DNA of 64,000 nt from Vulcanimicrobiota bacterium (GTDB taxonomy: Bacteria; Vulcanimicrobiota; Vulcanimicrobiia; Vulcanimicrobiales; Vulcanimicrobiaceae): NCBI GenBank assembly GCA_963795855.1, contig CAWCIZ010000003.1:608001-672000 (forward strand), written 5' to 3'. Below the pieces are notes generated by a model. The model did no database searches, was not told the DNA's origin, and worked only from the letters and a program-made list of their open reading frames with translations. Position numbers and translations under genes: made by a program. Of this stretch, positions 35,020 through 47,947 are shown piece by piece (position 1 is the stretch's first letter; the number at the start of each line of letters is the position of its first letter).

Positions 35020-35553
35020 ATGGATACGAATCTTCGCATCGTTCCAATCAACGCCATCGATCCGGCGTTCCTTCAGCGGCTCGGGCTCTGCTTGGAGGAA
35101 CGTTTCCTTTACCGCGCCGCCGTCGAACGCGCGCTTGCGGTTCCACGAAGCTCGGTGAACAGCGCGCGCCAGCAAATGTTCGTGTCGACGCTGACGACGA
35201 AGGTTCTGCGGCAATATCCGGACGACTCCGGCCTGCTGCTCGCGATCACCGATTACGATTTGTACAAGACCTCGCATCGCTTCATCTTCGGCGATGCCGA
35301 CGAACAGCGCCGCATCGCCGTCGTTTCGTTGCACCGGTTGCGCAGCGATTTTTACGGCGAGTCTGCCGACGAGAACGTGCTGTTCCAGCGGACGCTCAAA
35401 GAATGCGTGCACGAACTCGGACACGCCGTCGGCCTCAAACATTGCTACAATGCGCGGTGCGCGATGTATTATTCGAATTCGATCTTCGAGACGGACAACA
35501 AAATGCCGTACTTCTGCGAGGTCTGCGAGAAGCGCAGCCGCGCGCGCAGTTAG
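35020..35553 (+). CDS. Archaemetzincin-family zinc metalloprotease
   Basis: HELGHAVGLKHC..RCAM...D.K...FC..C. Confidence 0.9.
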   Translation: MDTNLRIVPINAIDPAFLQRLGLCLEERFLYRAAVERALAVPRSSVNSARQQMFVSTLTTKVLRQYPDDSGLLLAITDYDLYKTSHRFIFGDADEQRRIAVVSLHRLRSDFYGESADENVLFQRTLKECVHELGHAVGLKHCYNARCAMYYSNSIFETDNKMPYFCEVCEKRSRARS

Positions 35554-35616
35554 GCACCGGCGCTTGCCTGGTAGGCAGGCGACCTAAAACGAGTTCCGGC
35601 TAAATAATCCGCACCT

Positions 35617-37353
35617 TTGGCCGTAGATTCGGATATGGGCGGCCGTGCCGTCCGCAGTTCGCGTTTGGTGCTTTTCAAGCCCGAGGTGCCTGTGATCCAA
35701 GCCCGTCTCGTTGCGTGGCGCGCTCAGTTGGGGCTCGTTCCGCGAATCGCCGTCGCTGCTGCAGCCGCCGTTCTCTGCGCGGTTCTGGCGTGGTATGGCG
35801 CGCGGTACGAAGGGTTCGAACTGCTGCTGCTGGCGATGGTCACGGTGACGGCCGCGCTCGTCGGCGTGCCGCTGGGGCCGCTTGTCGCGCTCGTCGTCGG
35901 CGCAGTCGACTACGAAGTGCGCCGCGAGCAGCATCTTCCGACGGCGATCGTAAACGGCGTGCTGCTCGGGGTTCTGGGCGCGGTGCTGAGCCTGCTGTTC
36001 GCGGGCGAAATCGTTCCAATCTCGCAAACGCAGGACGAATTTCCCGCGCTTCTGGGCGGCGGCCGCGTCGCGCTTCCGCGTACGGAAGCGCTGCAGAACT
36101 CGATCTCCGCGCTCGCTTCCGGTATCCGTGAAGTTTCGCAGGGCGACTTCACCAAGAATTTGGCCGTCTCCAACGGTGCGCTCTCCGATTTGGCGATCGC
36201 GCTGAACAAGATGATCTTCGGTATGCGCGAGTTTCTCGGAAGTTTACGGGAGAACGCGCAGCAGCTCGGCACCGCCGGCAGCGAACTGCAAGGCACGGCG
36301 TCGACCGCGCTCGCCGTCATCGAAGGCGCGTCGGTCGCGCAAGGGCAGTTGGACGAAGGCATCGGCGAGCAGTCGCGCATCGTCGAAAACGCGACGCACA
36401 AAGTCGCGCAGTTGACGGAGACGATCGACGCGATCGCGACCGCCGCGGAAGAACAGACGCGCAGCCTCGATGAGACGTCGCTCGCGGTCACGAACATGGC
36501 GACCTCGATCGAGCAGGTCACGGCGCAGGTCGATTCGCTCTCCTCAATCTCGACGGAAACGTCGGCGACCGCGCAACGCGGCGGAACGGCAATCGGCACG
36601 ATTGTCGACGGTATGAACACGATTCGCACGACGATCGACGAACTTGCCGAAGATATTCAGCAGTTGGGCAGCAACTCGGACCAGATCGGCGACATCGTCA
36701 AGGTGATCGACCGCATCGCCGAGCAAACGAACCTGCTCGCGCTCAACGCTGCCATCGAGGCGGCTCGCGCCGGGGAACACGGGCGCGGCTTCGCGGTCGT
36801 TGCGAACGAGATCCGCAAACTGGCCGACGGCAGCGTGCAGGCCACCAAAGAGATTGCCGGACACATCCTTTCCACGCAAAACGTCATCAACGAAGTCGTC
36901 AGCGCAATGAACCGGCTCACCGAGCGCGTCGAGGAAGGCGTCTCCAGCACGACGTCCGCTTCGGGCGCTCTGCACGAAATCGTGCAAGCGGTGCTGGGCG
37001 CAAATCAGCAGATTAACGAGATTTCGTCGGTCGCGCGCGAGATGAGCAGCAACTCCTATCAGGTGATCCGTTCGATCGAGGAGATCACGCGTTCGGTTCA
37101 ACTCAACGTCACCGCCACGCAACAGATGTCGGCGCATTCCGATGAGGTGAATGCTGCGTTTCGCAGCATTGCGGAAATTTCGCAGCAAAACGCGTCGTCG
37201 GTCGAGGTGCTGACGTACGTCAACAAGGAAGTCACGGACGCCGCGCAGCGCATGCTCGGATCGGTGACGCAGATGAACGAGTTCGCCGGCAGAATGGACA
37301 GCCGGCTTTCGCAATTCAAAGTCAATGAAATCGGTGTGGAGGAGCCCCTATGA
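35617..37353 (+). CDS. Methyl-accepting chemotaxis protein without an extracytoplasmic sensor domain
   Basis: Clustered N-terminal TMs, HAMP-like GDFT..L, hairpin [30 protein letters not shown]. Start uncertain. Confidence 0.92.
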   Translation: MAVDSDMGGRAVRSSRLVLFKPEVPVIQARLVAWRAQLGLVPRIAVAAAAAVLCAVLAWYGARYEGFELLLLAMVTVTAALVGVPLGPLVALVVGAVDYEVRREQHLPTAIVNGVLLGVLGAVLSLLFAGEIVPISQTQDEFPALLGGGRVALPRTEALQNSISALASGIREVSQGDFTKNLAVSNGALSDLAIALNKMIFGMREFLGSLRENAQQLGTAGSELQGTASTALAVIEGASVAQGQLDEGIGEQSRIVENATHKVAQLTETIDAIATAAEEQTRSLDETSLAVTNMATSIEQVTAQVDSLSSISTETSATAQRGGTAIGTIVDGMNTIRTTIDELAEDIQQLGSNSDQIGDIVKVIDRIAEQTNLLALNAAIEAARAGEHGRGFAVVANEIRKLADGSVQATKEIAGHILSTQNVINEVVSAMNRLTERVEEGVSSTTSASGALHEIVQAVLGANQQINEISSVAREMSSNSYQVIRSIEEITRSVQLNVTATQQMSAHSDEVNAAFRSIAEISQQNASSVEVLTYVNKEVTDAAQRMLGSVTQMNEFAGRMDSRLSQFKVNEIGVEEPL

Positions 37354-38672
37354 GCCTGCGCGTTCGATTGCTCGGGACAATCGTCGGAGCAATCATTTTG
37401 TCGTTCATCATCAGCGCCGTCGCCGCGCGCCTGACGCTGCAGCGAGATTTGATGGATCAAGGCCGAACCGAAGTGACGGACGGCTCTAACGCCTTCTCCG
37501 GGTATTGGGATTCGCGGAAGGATCAGATTCGTCTGCTCGTCGCGCAGGACGCGGTTTCGGACGCGCTGCGCAAAAATCTCCAGACGCACGACGCACCCGC
37601 ACTGCAGGACCAGCTCTCGAACATCGCGCGCACGTCGGGCCTGTCGTTTTTGACCGTCGTGGACGAGAACGGCAAAGTCGTCGCGCGAGCGAACGGCGGC
37701 GGCGGATCTCTCGCGAAGAACGCCTACGTGCAGCGCGCGCTGACCGGCGAAACGGTGAGCAGCGCAGCCGTGATGTCGTCGCAAGAACTGCAAGCCGAAG
37801 GACTGCTGCAGCAGGCGCAGGCGGCCGTAACGGATGGGGGCAAAGTCGTCGAGCACGTCAACCAAGGTTTGGCGGTGATTGCCGCGGCGCCGATGAGCGA
37901 CGCGAACGAACGCACGTTGGGCGCGATTTACGGCGGCGTGCTGATGAACCACTTCTACGACTTGGTCGACCAGAGCACGCACGCGCTCGGCGGCCAGACC
38001 GCAGTTTTGGACGGCGACGCAATCGTTTCCAGCACCATCAGCGAACCCGACGGGACGCGCGTCATCGATACTCGCGCGAACCGCTACGACGCGCAGCACG
38101 TCGCGCGTGGCGGCGCCTGGATCGGTTCGGACACGCAGGGCGGAACGGAGTATCTCGCGCGGCTCGACCCGATTACGGACGACCAAAACCAGGTCATCGG
38201 CGCTCGCTGGTACGGCATTCCGATGTCGCAAATCACCGCGATCATCAATCATATGACGCAAACGTTCGTGCTCTGGGGTTTGCTTGCGATGCTGATCGCG
38301 CTGCTCATCTCCGTGCCGTTCGTTCAACGCATCTCCGACGCGATCGCAAAACGCAGCGCGCAAGTGAGCGCGGCCGCGAAGGACCTCGGCGTGACGATCG
38401 TCGGCGGCGAAGTGTCGGGCGATCACGTTGCCGCGACGCGGGCGGCGGTGGAGCGTGCCGGACAACTCATTTCGGATCTCTCAAGCGGCGAGGCGAACGC
38501 GAAGATCGCCGAATTGAAAGCGGTCAACGAGGAGCTGCACGGCGACATGGTCGTCATCGACACGCTCTCGCAAGAGATGAGCAGCCGTCTTCAAGACGCC
38601 GTCACTCGCGTCGCGGAGTTGAACGACGTCGCGTCGGGCCTCGATTCGCTCGTTCACGGAGCGTCGAAATAG
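37350..38672 (+). CDS. TM-Cache-TM sensor protein with a short cytoplasmic coiled coil and no output domain
   Basis: [26 protein letters not shown]...G.R, Y....DPI.D....VIG..WYG are Cache-like. ATGA overlap with the MCP. Confidence 0.75.
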   Translation: MSLRVRLLGTIVGAIILSFIISAVAARLTLQRDLMDQGRTEVTDGSNAFSGYWDSRKDQIRLLVAQDAVSDALRKNLQTHDAPALQDQLSNIARTSGLSFLTVVDENGKVVARANGGGGSLAKNAYVQRALTGETVSSAAVMSSQELQAEGLLQQAQAAVTDGGKVVEHVNQGLAVIAAAPMSDANERTLGAIYGGVLMNHFYDLVDQSTHALGGQTAVLDGDAIVSSTISEPDGTRVIDTRANRYDAQHVARGGAWIGSDTQGGTEYLARLDPITDDQNQVIGARWYGIPMSQITAIINHMTQTFVLWGLLAMLIALLISVPFVQRISDAIAKRSAQVSAAAKDLGVTIVGGEVSGDHVAATRAAVERAGQLISDLSSGEANAKIAELKAVNEELHGDMVVIDTLSQEMSSRLQDAVTRVAELNDVASGLDSLVHGASK

Positions 38673-38681
38673 CGGTGAACC

Positions 38682-38897
38682 GTGGCTGACGTCATTCTCT
38701 TCTTTTCGAGCAACACCGACACCATGATCGCCACCAAGGCGCTCAAGGACGCCGGTGTTTCCGCAAGGATGATTCCCAAGCCCGCGACGGTAAGCGCGGC
38801 ATCCAACCTGTGTTTGAGCATCGACGGCGGATCTGAAGGCGCGGCCGTAATCGCACTCAAGACGGCCAACATCGCCTTGGGCGGCGTAGTGAAGTAG
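38682..38897 (+). CDS. DUF3343-like small protein
   Basis: F.SNTDTM.A.KALK..G....MIPKP..VS...C, recalled family pattern. Confidence 0.65.
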   Translation: MADVILFFSSNTDTMIATKALKDAGVSARMIPKPATVSAASNLCLSIDGGSEGAAVIALKTANIALGGVVK

Positions 38898-38899
38898 GG

Positions 38900-39640
38900 C
38901 TACGCTCGCAAAACGCGTGCATCGGCGAGTGTTATCTCCCGCTGCGCGCCGTCGTGATCAACGAACAGCGCTCCGCCAGTCGACAGGCGGAGCGCTGTTG
39001 CTTCAAACGGTTCGTCCTCGCCGTCGAGCAGAATGCGGTAGCGCGCACCGGGCAGATTCGCGGCCGCTTCCCAGTCCCGCGCGATTCGAAATGGATCGTG
39101 CAGCTGCTCGTACCGATCGTCCGCGAAGCGCAGCACCGCTTGCAGCACCGCGGCGCGATCGATGCCGGAAACGGCGTCGGAAAGATACGCCGGCGGCGGC
39201 GTTATCTCGGCGAGGGCGTCGGCGTCGTCGGGGCGCCGAACGTTCACGCCGACTCCGCACCCGACCCATGCGTACTCGCCGGTCACGCGCGAGATGCACA
39301 GAATGCCCGCGACTTTTCGCGGACCCATCAGCACGTCGTTGGGCCACTGCAGCTCGACCGGAATGTCGAATGCGGCGCACGCGTCTTTGACGACGAGCGC
39401 GATCCAAAACGGCACCGCCCACAGATGGGCAGTGGGCAGCGGGTCGGGCAGACCGATCGTGCAGAGCAGCGCCGTTCCGGGCGGCGCAACCCACGCGCGG
39501 CCTTTTCGGCCTGCGCCTTGCTCCTGATAATCCGCAACGAGCGTCAAACCGCGCGCCCGTTCTTCGCCGAGCATTCGGCCCATGTCGTCGTTCGTGCTGC
39601 CGGTCACCGCCACGCGCGAAATGCGGTTGAAACGCCCCAC
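38900..39640 (-). CDS. birA: Biotin--[acetyl-CoA carboxylase] ligase (no N-terminal HTH)
   Basis: [36 protein letters not shown] start at 39640. Confidence 0.92.
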   Translation of the reverse strand: MGRFNRISRVAVTGSTNDDMGRMLGEERARGLTLVADYQEQGAGRKGRAWVAPPGTALLCTIGLPDPLPTAHLWAVPFWIALVVKDACAAFDIPVELQWPNDVLMGPRKVAGILCISRVTGEYAWVGCGVGVNVRRPDDADALAEITPPPAYLSDAVSGIDRAAVLQAVLRFADDRYEQLHDPFRIARDWEAAANLPGARYRILLDGEDEPFEATALRLSTGGALFVDHDGAQREITLADARVLRA

Positions 39641-39698
39641 GCACGCTCGCTTCGCGCTGCAGGCCTGCTTCGCCCGCGGCCCGTATTCCACCGCGGTT

Positions 39699-40157
39699 AT
39701 GGCAATCCAACGGACATTGATTTTGTGCAAACCCGACGCCGTTTCGCGCGGTCTCGTCGGTGAAATCGTCGCGCGCATCGAGCGCCGCGGTTACGTCATC
39801 GCCGCGATGAAGCTGATGCAACTCGACGGCGAGCGCGCGCGCAGACATTACGGCGAGCACGAGGGCAAGCCGTTTTTCCAAGGCTTGGTCGACTTCATCA
39901 CCAGCGGCCCGCTCGTCGCGATGTGCGTCGAAGGCGAGGACGCAATCGCCGGGTGCCGCCAAATCATGGGCGCGACCAATCCGCTGGCAGCCGCACCGGG
40001 ATCGATTCGAGCGGATTTTGCATCGACCATCGGCCGCAATCTCGTGCATGGCAGCGACTCGCACGAAAGCGCGGAGCGCGAACTCGGCATCTTCTTCCAA
40101 CCGAGCGAGTTCGTTTCGCGCAAACACGATCTCGAACGCTGGATCGTGGAGAAGTAA
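39699..40157 (+). CDS. ndk: Nucleoside diphosphate kinase
   Basis: [36 protein letters not shown]. Confidence 0.97.
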   Translation: MAIQRTLILCKPDAVSRGLVGEIVARIERRGYVIAAMKLMQLDGERARRHYGEHEGKPFFQGLVDFITSGPLVAMCVEGEDAIAGCRQIMGATNPLAAAPGSIRADFASTIGRNLVHGSDSHESAERELGIFFQPSEFVSRKHDLERWIVEK

Positions 40158-42385
<2,228 letters not shown>

Positions 42386-42389
42386 GGCG

Positions 42390-42740
42390 TTACGCCTCCA
42401 GGATGCGGTCGAGCGAGGAGTTGATGCGGTCGAGTTCGTCCGAAAGCCGGTGGAAGATCTCTTCGCCCGCGGGCAGCAAACGGTAGAAGCGTTTGCGGCG
42501 CTTGTTTTCCTCGCGCCATTCGCTCTGCAGCAGCCCTTGCGTTTCGAGCCGGCGCAGCAGCGGATAGAGCGTGCCTTCGTCGATCTCCAGACCGGCTTCT
42601 TCGAGCGCCTTGCGCAGCGTGTAGCCGTAGCGCTCGGTGCGGAGCTGCGAGAGGACCGCCAGGGTGAGGCATCCGCGGCGTAACTCGAGCCGCAAATTTT
42701 CGAAGAGGCTGGGCGAGGAACTACTCGTACCGTTTGTCAT
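42390..42740 (-). CDS. PadR family transcriptional regulator
   Basis: ELRRG.L..AVL, YGY.L, GTLYPLLRRLE..GLL, RKRFYRL. ATG at 42740. Confidence 0.92.
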   Translation of the reverse strand: MTNGTSSSSPSLFENLRLELRRGCLTLAVLSQLRTERYGYTLRKALEEAGLEIDEGTLYPLLRRLETQGLLQSEWREENKRRKRFYRLLPAGEEIFHRLSDELDRINSSLDRILEA

Positions 42741-42783
42741 ATACTGTGTAACGCATAGTATATGACACACACCCCGAAGTCAA
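42735..42783 (-). promoter_or_regulatory. Sigma70-type promoter overlapped by a palindromic, probable PadR operator
   Basis: Minus strand TTGACT (42783-42778) - 17 nt - TACTAT (42760-42755). Perfect 11-bp inverted repeat TGTCATATACT (42735-42745) / AGTATATGACA (42757-42767). Confidence 0.75.
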
Positions 42784-42814
42784 GCCCCTCGCCTGCAAAT
42801 TCGGGCGCCGTCCG

Positions 42815-43240
42815 CTACTGCTCCAGGACGTGCTTGTCGTTCGGGTTGTCGGCCGGCGTGGCGATGAGGTAGACCTTCAGCGGTGCGCGTCCGGTGGCCA
42901 TGATCTGAAACGCGGTATTTCGGGGGATCGAAAGCACGGAGCCGGGTTTGAGTTGAAACGACGGATAGCCCACGGTCGCCGAGCCGTGTCCGCTCAAGAT
43001 GATGAGCAGCTCGTCCTGTTTGCTGTACATTTCGTGCGAGGTGCGCCCGATGTACTCGGCGATGACGTCACCTGCCGGAGCGTGCATGATGGGCTGCGTC
43101 ACCGTGCCGTTCATGTCCGGCTGCAACTGCGCGAACGAGGTCGACGAGTCGGCATACGGAGATGCCTCCTGCGCCAAGGCGGCGGCGCAAGCAAGAAGGA
43201 TGGCTGAGAGCGCGAGCGCGCTTTTCGTTGCGATGTTCAT
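42815..43240 (-). CDS. Secreted cupin-fold protein
   Basis: Signal peptide (ALA-Q). H...QDELLIILSG.G, LKPGSVLSIPRNT. Confidence 0.75.
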   Translation of the reverse strand: MNIATKSALALSAILLACAAALAQEASPYADSSTSFAQLQPDMNGTVTQPIMHAPAGDVIAEYIGRTSHEMYSKQDELLIILSGHGSATVGYPSFQLKPGSVLSIPRNTAFQIMATGRAPLKVYLIATPADNPNDKHVLEQ

Positions 43241-43289
43241 AGAGATAAGGATACACCGTCGCGTGCTTTGAATACGGAGAAGCCGCGTG

Positions 43290-43361
43290 GGGCCCGTAAC
43301 TCAGCGGTAGAGCGGCCGGCTCATAACTGGTTGCGCGTAGGTTCGAATCCTACCGGGCCCA
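43290..43361 (+). tRNA. tRNA with CAT anticodon, most likely tRNA-Ile2 (lysidine-modified); CCA not encoded
   Basis: Acceptor GGGCCCG/CGGGCCC, anticodon arm GCCGG-CTCATAA-CTGGT, GTTCGAATCC T-loop. C4:G69, C5:G68 and C29:G41 fit TilS determinants; no initiator features. Confidence 0.9.
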
Positions 43362-43401
43362 CTTGTGTTTGATGCTCGGCAGGCGGTGGAATGACGCAAG
43401 C

Positions 43402-43882
43402 ATGCAAGGAATCGTCATTTCCCGCGCGCTGAGCGTTGTCGTTTTGGCCGGCTTCGTCGCGGGCTGTCATCCCAGCACGCGCAGCGCCGCCGGGCAGACG
43501 CCGCAGCCCGCGCAGACGAGCATGGCGCAAGCCAATTCCACCGCGCCGCCCGATCAGGCGATAACGGTGGGGCCGGGCGATAAGTATTTTGCGAAGAGCG
43601 ATGCGCAAGCTGCACGGCGTGAATTTTGCGATATGGGCGAACGGACGTCCGATCGGGATCATCGATTGGCCCGGAAAAGCGCTGGACATTACGAAGGACA
43701 TGCGCGGGCACGCGAACGTAGTGGTGGTGCAGTGGACGCGAACGCAAAAGAACGGCGCCGGAACGCTGACGATCGGAACGTCGAAGAAGAACGTGTTCAC
43801 GACGACCGTCACGCCGTCGTCGCCGGCGAAGGGCCGCAATTCGAAGCAGTTCATCGCGCCGCAGGCGCCGGTCGGGCGATAA
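43402..43882 (+). CDS. Hypothetical lipoprotein, probable frameshift near 43605
   Basis: Lipobox VAGC and a low-complexity linker, continuing in another frame as KLHGVNFAIWANG...APVGR*. Confidence 0.55.
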
Positions 43883-44638
43883 CGCAGGCGTACGCGCGCG
43901 ACGGCTTCGTCAAGATCAAAAACGTTTTCGACGCTGCATCGCTCGCGTATTACCGCGAACACATTTCGAGCGAGGTCCTGCGCCGCAACACCAACACCGA
44001 ACCGCTGGCACATCGCGACACGTATCATCGCGCGTTCTTGCAGGTGACGAATCTGTGGCGGACCAACGACGTCGCGCGCGAATTCGTTTTCAACAAGCGT
44101 CTTGCCGATCTCGCGGCGCAGCGTGCTCGGCGTTGAACGCGTGCGGTTGTATCACGACCAGGCGTTGTACAAGGAGCCGGGCGGCGGCATTACACCATGG
44201 CACGCGGACCAATTTTACTGGCCGCTCTCGAGCGACCAAACGGTCACGGCATGGGTACCGCTGCAAGCGACGCCGATGGAGATGGGGCCGATCGCGTTTG
44301 CCGCCGGCAGCCACCGCATGTCGTTTGGGCGGGACTTGGAGATCTCGGACGAGAGCGAGCGCAGCCTGCGCGAGGCGCTGGAGTCGGGCCGATTTCGGGA
44401 GGTGAACGAGCCGTTCGAACTGGGCGAAGTCAGTTTTCACTCGGGATGGACGTTCCACCATACCGGGCCGAATGCGTCAAAGCAGGCGCGCGCGGTGATG
44501 ACCGTCATCTACATGGCGGACGGCATTCGCCTGGCGGAGCCGACGCGCAAACAGCATTATCTGGATTGGGAAGCGTTCATGCCGGGAATTCAGCCGGGGG
44601 AAGTGGTTGACAGCCCCCTGAATCCCGTGTTGAATTAG
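43879..44638 (+). CDS. PhyH-family Fe(II)/2-oxoglutarate dioxygenase, frameshift near 44118; start codon unclear
   Basis: YARDGFV, LYHDQALYKEPGG..TPWHAD (HxD), TAWVPL, FHSGWTFH, R...IY. Confidence 0.85.
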
Positions 44639-44652
44639 GGTTTGTCACCCGC

Positions 44653-44727
44653 GGCGCCATCGTCTATCGGTTAGGACATCGCCCTTTCAAGGCGGAAAGA
44701 CGGGTTCGATTCCCGTTGGCGCTACCA
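44653..44727 (+). tRNA. tRNA-Glu(TTC)
   Basis: GGCGCCA...TGGCGCT-ACCA, anticodon arm TCGCC-CTTTCAA-GGCGG, GGTTCGATTCC. Confidence 0.96.
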
Positions 44728-45240
44728 ATAAAGCTGCGTATTTACGCCGCTTTGCTCATGACGAACGCTGTCCCGCCGATCTCGGTGATCTTAGGCATAC
44801 GCCGGCCATCCATCGTGTAGCAGGTCCCTGACGGCCCTAAGTAGTGCGGCGGAGACGCCTCTCTTGCATGATTCTTGGCGCTGTTCCACGAGAGCAGGAC
44901 CACACTGGCAATTCGAGGATGGAATCGAAGCGCACTCGACGCGAGCCGTTGGCTATGGCGAGATAGCGCGCGATGCGATCGGCGATATTGCGGGCGCAGG
45001 GTGGGACAGCAAAGTTAGTCTCCACCTCAGTAGCCGGATCTGACGATTTCGCTGTTGTTGTTCACGAGCCTGGTAGAGAATGCGGCAGCGCAGAAGATCC
45101 CACGCAAACGCGGCATCGTATATTGCGCGCGTCCGAAGACGCAGTATTAAATCATGATGCGTTGGCCGCCGCGTTGTGATATTAACCTCGATATTGTCTT
45201 GTGATTCCACGTAGCGCTTTATACTATCAGTTTCGAAAAG

Positions 45241-46020
45241 TCACGGCTCTTCAATAATTTCTTTAATGATGCCATAGGAGGCACCCAACCTCTTTTTGGT
45301 TTCTTCGTCTGGTTCCCAGTTCTGGCCCGACTTGCTGCCGCTATGTTTCTCCTGTGGCTTGATCGTTTTGCCTTGCGCCATCATCGCGAAATAAAATTTA
45401 GCATCGTCGCCGTCTGGCAAAGCATCGGCAATCGCCCGTTTGAGGCCAAGTAATGTGTCTCGCAAATTGCTAACTATGCCCATAAGGCGCTCGTCATCGG
45501 AACAACGCGCAGAATACACCTCGAGCAATGTGTCGTAGTACCAGACAACGCCACCTCGACCGGCTCGCGGATTGAAACGACTCCAAAGCTGTTCTTTAAA
45601 GTTCCTGTAGTCCGTAAGGATAGAACGAGCATTATGCAATTTGTCCGCGGCGCTTACTAGATAGACCGATTTGTCCGTGTTCACACGCAAGTGCTCGATA
45701 TAGCACTCTTTGCGCTCTCTCCACAGTGGCTTTACAGTCGGATCGTCTGTAAGGGCATCGGAACACTCACGTACGATCTCGGCGACCCGATCTCCGAACC
45801 ACCGTCGAATATCAGTCAGGCGTGCCTCACCGCCTTGATCCTCGGCCGCATCATGCAGTAAGGCAGCAATGGCTTCATCTTCGGTGCCGTCAGCATCGAT
45901 GACGATTCCCGCGACGGACAGCAGGTGCCCGACGTACGGAATGCTTGTGCCTTTGCGGACCTGTTTGCGGTGAACTTCGTGTGCGTATACGAGCGCTTTA
46001 TCGAGCCGTTCCGAATACAT
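45241..46020 (-). CDS. Stand-alone RelA/SpoT-type HD hydrolase (Mesh1-like small alarmone hydrolase)
   Basis: HRKQVRKGTSIPYVGH, AALLHDAAED, FGDRVAEIV, ADKLHNAR. No synthetase domain. Confidence 0.88.
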   Translation of the reverse strand: MYSERLDKALVYAHEVHRKQVRKGTSIPYVGHLLSVAGIVIDADGTEDEAIAALLHDAAEDQGGEARLTDIRRWFGDRVAEIVRECSDALTDDPTVKPLWRERKECYIEHLRVNTDKSVYLVSAADKLHNARSILTDYRNFKEQLWSRFNPRAGRGGVVWYYDTLLEVYSARCSDDERLMGIVSNLRDTLLGLKRAIADALPDGDDAKFYFAMMAQGKTIKPQEKHSGSKSGQNWEPDEETKKRLGASYGIIKEIIEEP

Positions 46021-46126
46021 GACGGTAGAAGTATTGGGCGGATGTCACGCTCTAAACCTTCGTAGCCTATGGCTTGCTTCTGGGGCGACTAACGTCGAGC
46101 CGTACATCCAGGCTTAATCCGGACCA

Positions 46127-46984
46127 ATGGAACCAAAGCCAGCATCTGCTCGCGCGCGTTGGCTGGCGTTCTGGATAACACAATCAGCAAGAGGCACTGC
46201 GCACGTCGGAATCAAAAACCCGAGGGGCATGCCGGGCATCGCTTACTATGCTTACTCGCCGCTGCGGTACTTCGAGCCGTTCGCCGACCCTGTGGCAGCG
46301 CAAACCCGCCAGCTGCAGCTGCAAGCACAGCATCCACCCCAGATGCCTTTTTTTGTGGCGCGATTCTACACGTTTGAAGCCGGCGAACGCGTCGTGTTCC
46401 GCAAAAGGAGTGCCCAGCGCAAGAAAGATGAGACAGGCACGGTCGTTGGCCTCGCTAAAAATGGCTTTTATTCAATACGATGCGACATCGACAAAGCGGT
46501 TGAGGAAGTGTCGCCGCCTTTTCTAGAGCCGGAAGAGTTTCCGCGTCGTGCAGTACGCATTGTGGCTAAGATTGAGGTCTATTGCGAACGAAGCACGCGT
46601 GGCGACATCTCCATCGATATAAGGGATCACCCGTGCAAGCGGGAGGAGTGGACGCGGTCATGGCCGATTGATCGGTTTGAATCCAGTTGCATGCATGGCT
46701 CCCCCTTGCGCTTTTCACTCACGCCGCTGGTATATGCGATTGGCGTAGGACGCGATTCGGTCGATTTGCACGGAAGCGGCCACTGCTGCACTTTGGAACA
46801 GCGGAATAGCATATACCCCATCACCGGCTATGCGACGGTATCGGTAGAGTACGCTGACGGCTTCTCACTGCGGGTGCTTTTTCTGTTCGTGACCCCGCTA
46901 GTCGGGCGCGCCTATTTGCCACATAGGCTTTCAGGCGCGTCACGCTGGTGCTCTAGTTCTAATTGTGCGCGTTGGCCAATTTAA
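46127..46984 (+). CDS. Hypothetical protein, possibly with an SH3/KOW-like beta module
   Basis: Long ORF in the low-GC islet. FEAGERVVF..TGTVVG..FYSIRCD looks protein-like; the 3' half is doubtful. Confidence 0.35.
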   Translation: MEPKPASARARWLAFWITQSARGTAHVGIKNPRGMPGIAYYAYSPLRYFEPFADPVAAQTRQLQLQAQHPPQMPFFVARFYTFEAGERVVFRKRSAQRKKDETGTVVGLAKNGFYSIRCDIDKAVEEVSPPFLEPEEFPRRAVRIVAKIEVYCERSTRGDISIDIRDHPCKREEWTRSWPIDRFESSCMHGSPLRFSLTPLVYAIGVGRDSVDLHGSGHCCTLEQRNSIYPITGYATVSVEYADGFSLRVLFLFVTPLVGRAYLPHRLSGASRWCSSSNCARWPI

Positions 46985-47173
46985 TCTATATTGGGTGCAT
47001 TCTTCATTAGATCTTTTTCTTGTGCGCAAATGTCCCGATCAAGCTGCAAAACAACAGGTTGAACGCCTGGACTCAACAGCAAAGGGTCTGGGTGAACGCC
47101 GGTGACTCAAGAACGTTCCCGCCGACAAGACGGCATTCTAAGCCGTTGACGCGTTCCAAAATATTTTGCGATC

Positions 47174-47947
47174 TTATGTATCGATGCGTTCGACCTTTAC
47201 TGACAAGTTGTACTCAAAGAGCTCAACGTCCCGAACCTTGCGACACGCGAGGATCAAATCATCAGATATCGTGCGAGCAATAATTATCCCACGAATGCTT
47301 TTGCCTTCACCGACGTATCCGTTGTCCTCGAGCCATGCCATGTATCGCGCGAGCTGACCCACTACGCGATCGTAGCCGCGCGATACCTTGAGTTCGATAA
47401 CGACCAGATTATGGCGCGCATCGGTCGCTAGAATATCGACGTATCGGCCGCCCACCGGAAATTCAACGCCAGTCGCCCCGTCTCTCTCATACAGCGTCAA
47501 ACCTTGCTCAATCTGGAAGAGATTGGCGGCCAGATAGTTCTTAAGATCGGCCTCGTAAGCAAACTCGCCGTCGGATAGACCCGTTTGCCCGCCTTCTTCG
47601 ACGTCATTATCTTCGTCATCGACATCAAACGTATCGACCGTAGTTGTGCCGTCGGTTCGGACATAGATTGGCGGCGGATCATTCTCGGCATCGTAGAGCC
47701 TTAGCGTATTCCGACCCACTTGAAAGAAAAGATCGTGGCGTTTTGTGGCGTTGTAGTAAACGCGCGTGGGATTGTTCGTCGTTGCCGCTATTGTTTGCGC
47801 CTGAACGGTGCTCGGTTTCACCTTTGGGTATTTATGTCGAAACCATGCGGCAAGGTCGCTCTTAGCGAATACTTGTCCGGCCTTAATGGCTCGATCAGTG
47901 ACGAACTCGCGAAAAATCTCTCTAACTGGACGGTCGTATATAGGCAC
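47174..47947 (-). CDS. NucS-like PD-(D/E)XK endonuclease with an N-terminal wHTH-like domain
   Basis: YEADLKNYLA, VEF..GGRYVDILATD..LVVIELK..VVGQLARY, RGIIIA; acidic linker. Confidence 0.85.
   Translation of the reverse strand: MPIYDRPVREIFREFVTDRAIKAGQVFAKSDLAAWFRHKYPKVKPSTVQAQTIAATTNNPTRVYYNATKRHDLFFQVGRNTLRLYDAENDPPPIYVRTDGTTTVDTFDVDDEDNDVEEGGQTGLSDGEFAYEADLKNYLAANLFQIEQGLTLYERDGATGVEFPVGGRYVDILATDARHNLVVIELKVSRGYDRVVGQLARYMAWLEDNGYVGEGKSIRGIIIARTISDDLILACRKVRDVELFEYNLSVKVERIDT

Noticed and set aside
33511..35442. 643-aa ORF containing the AcpS N-terminus
   Set aside because: A chimera of antisense archaemetzincin sequence, frameshifted acpS and off-frame nnr.
44607..44636. Promoter for tRNA-Glu inside the PhyH gene end
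   Set aside because: A perfect TTGACA is present but the -10 candidates (TTGAAT, TGAATT) are poor.
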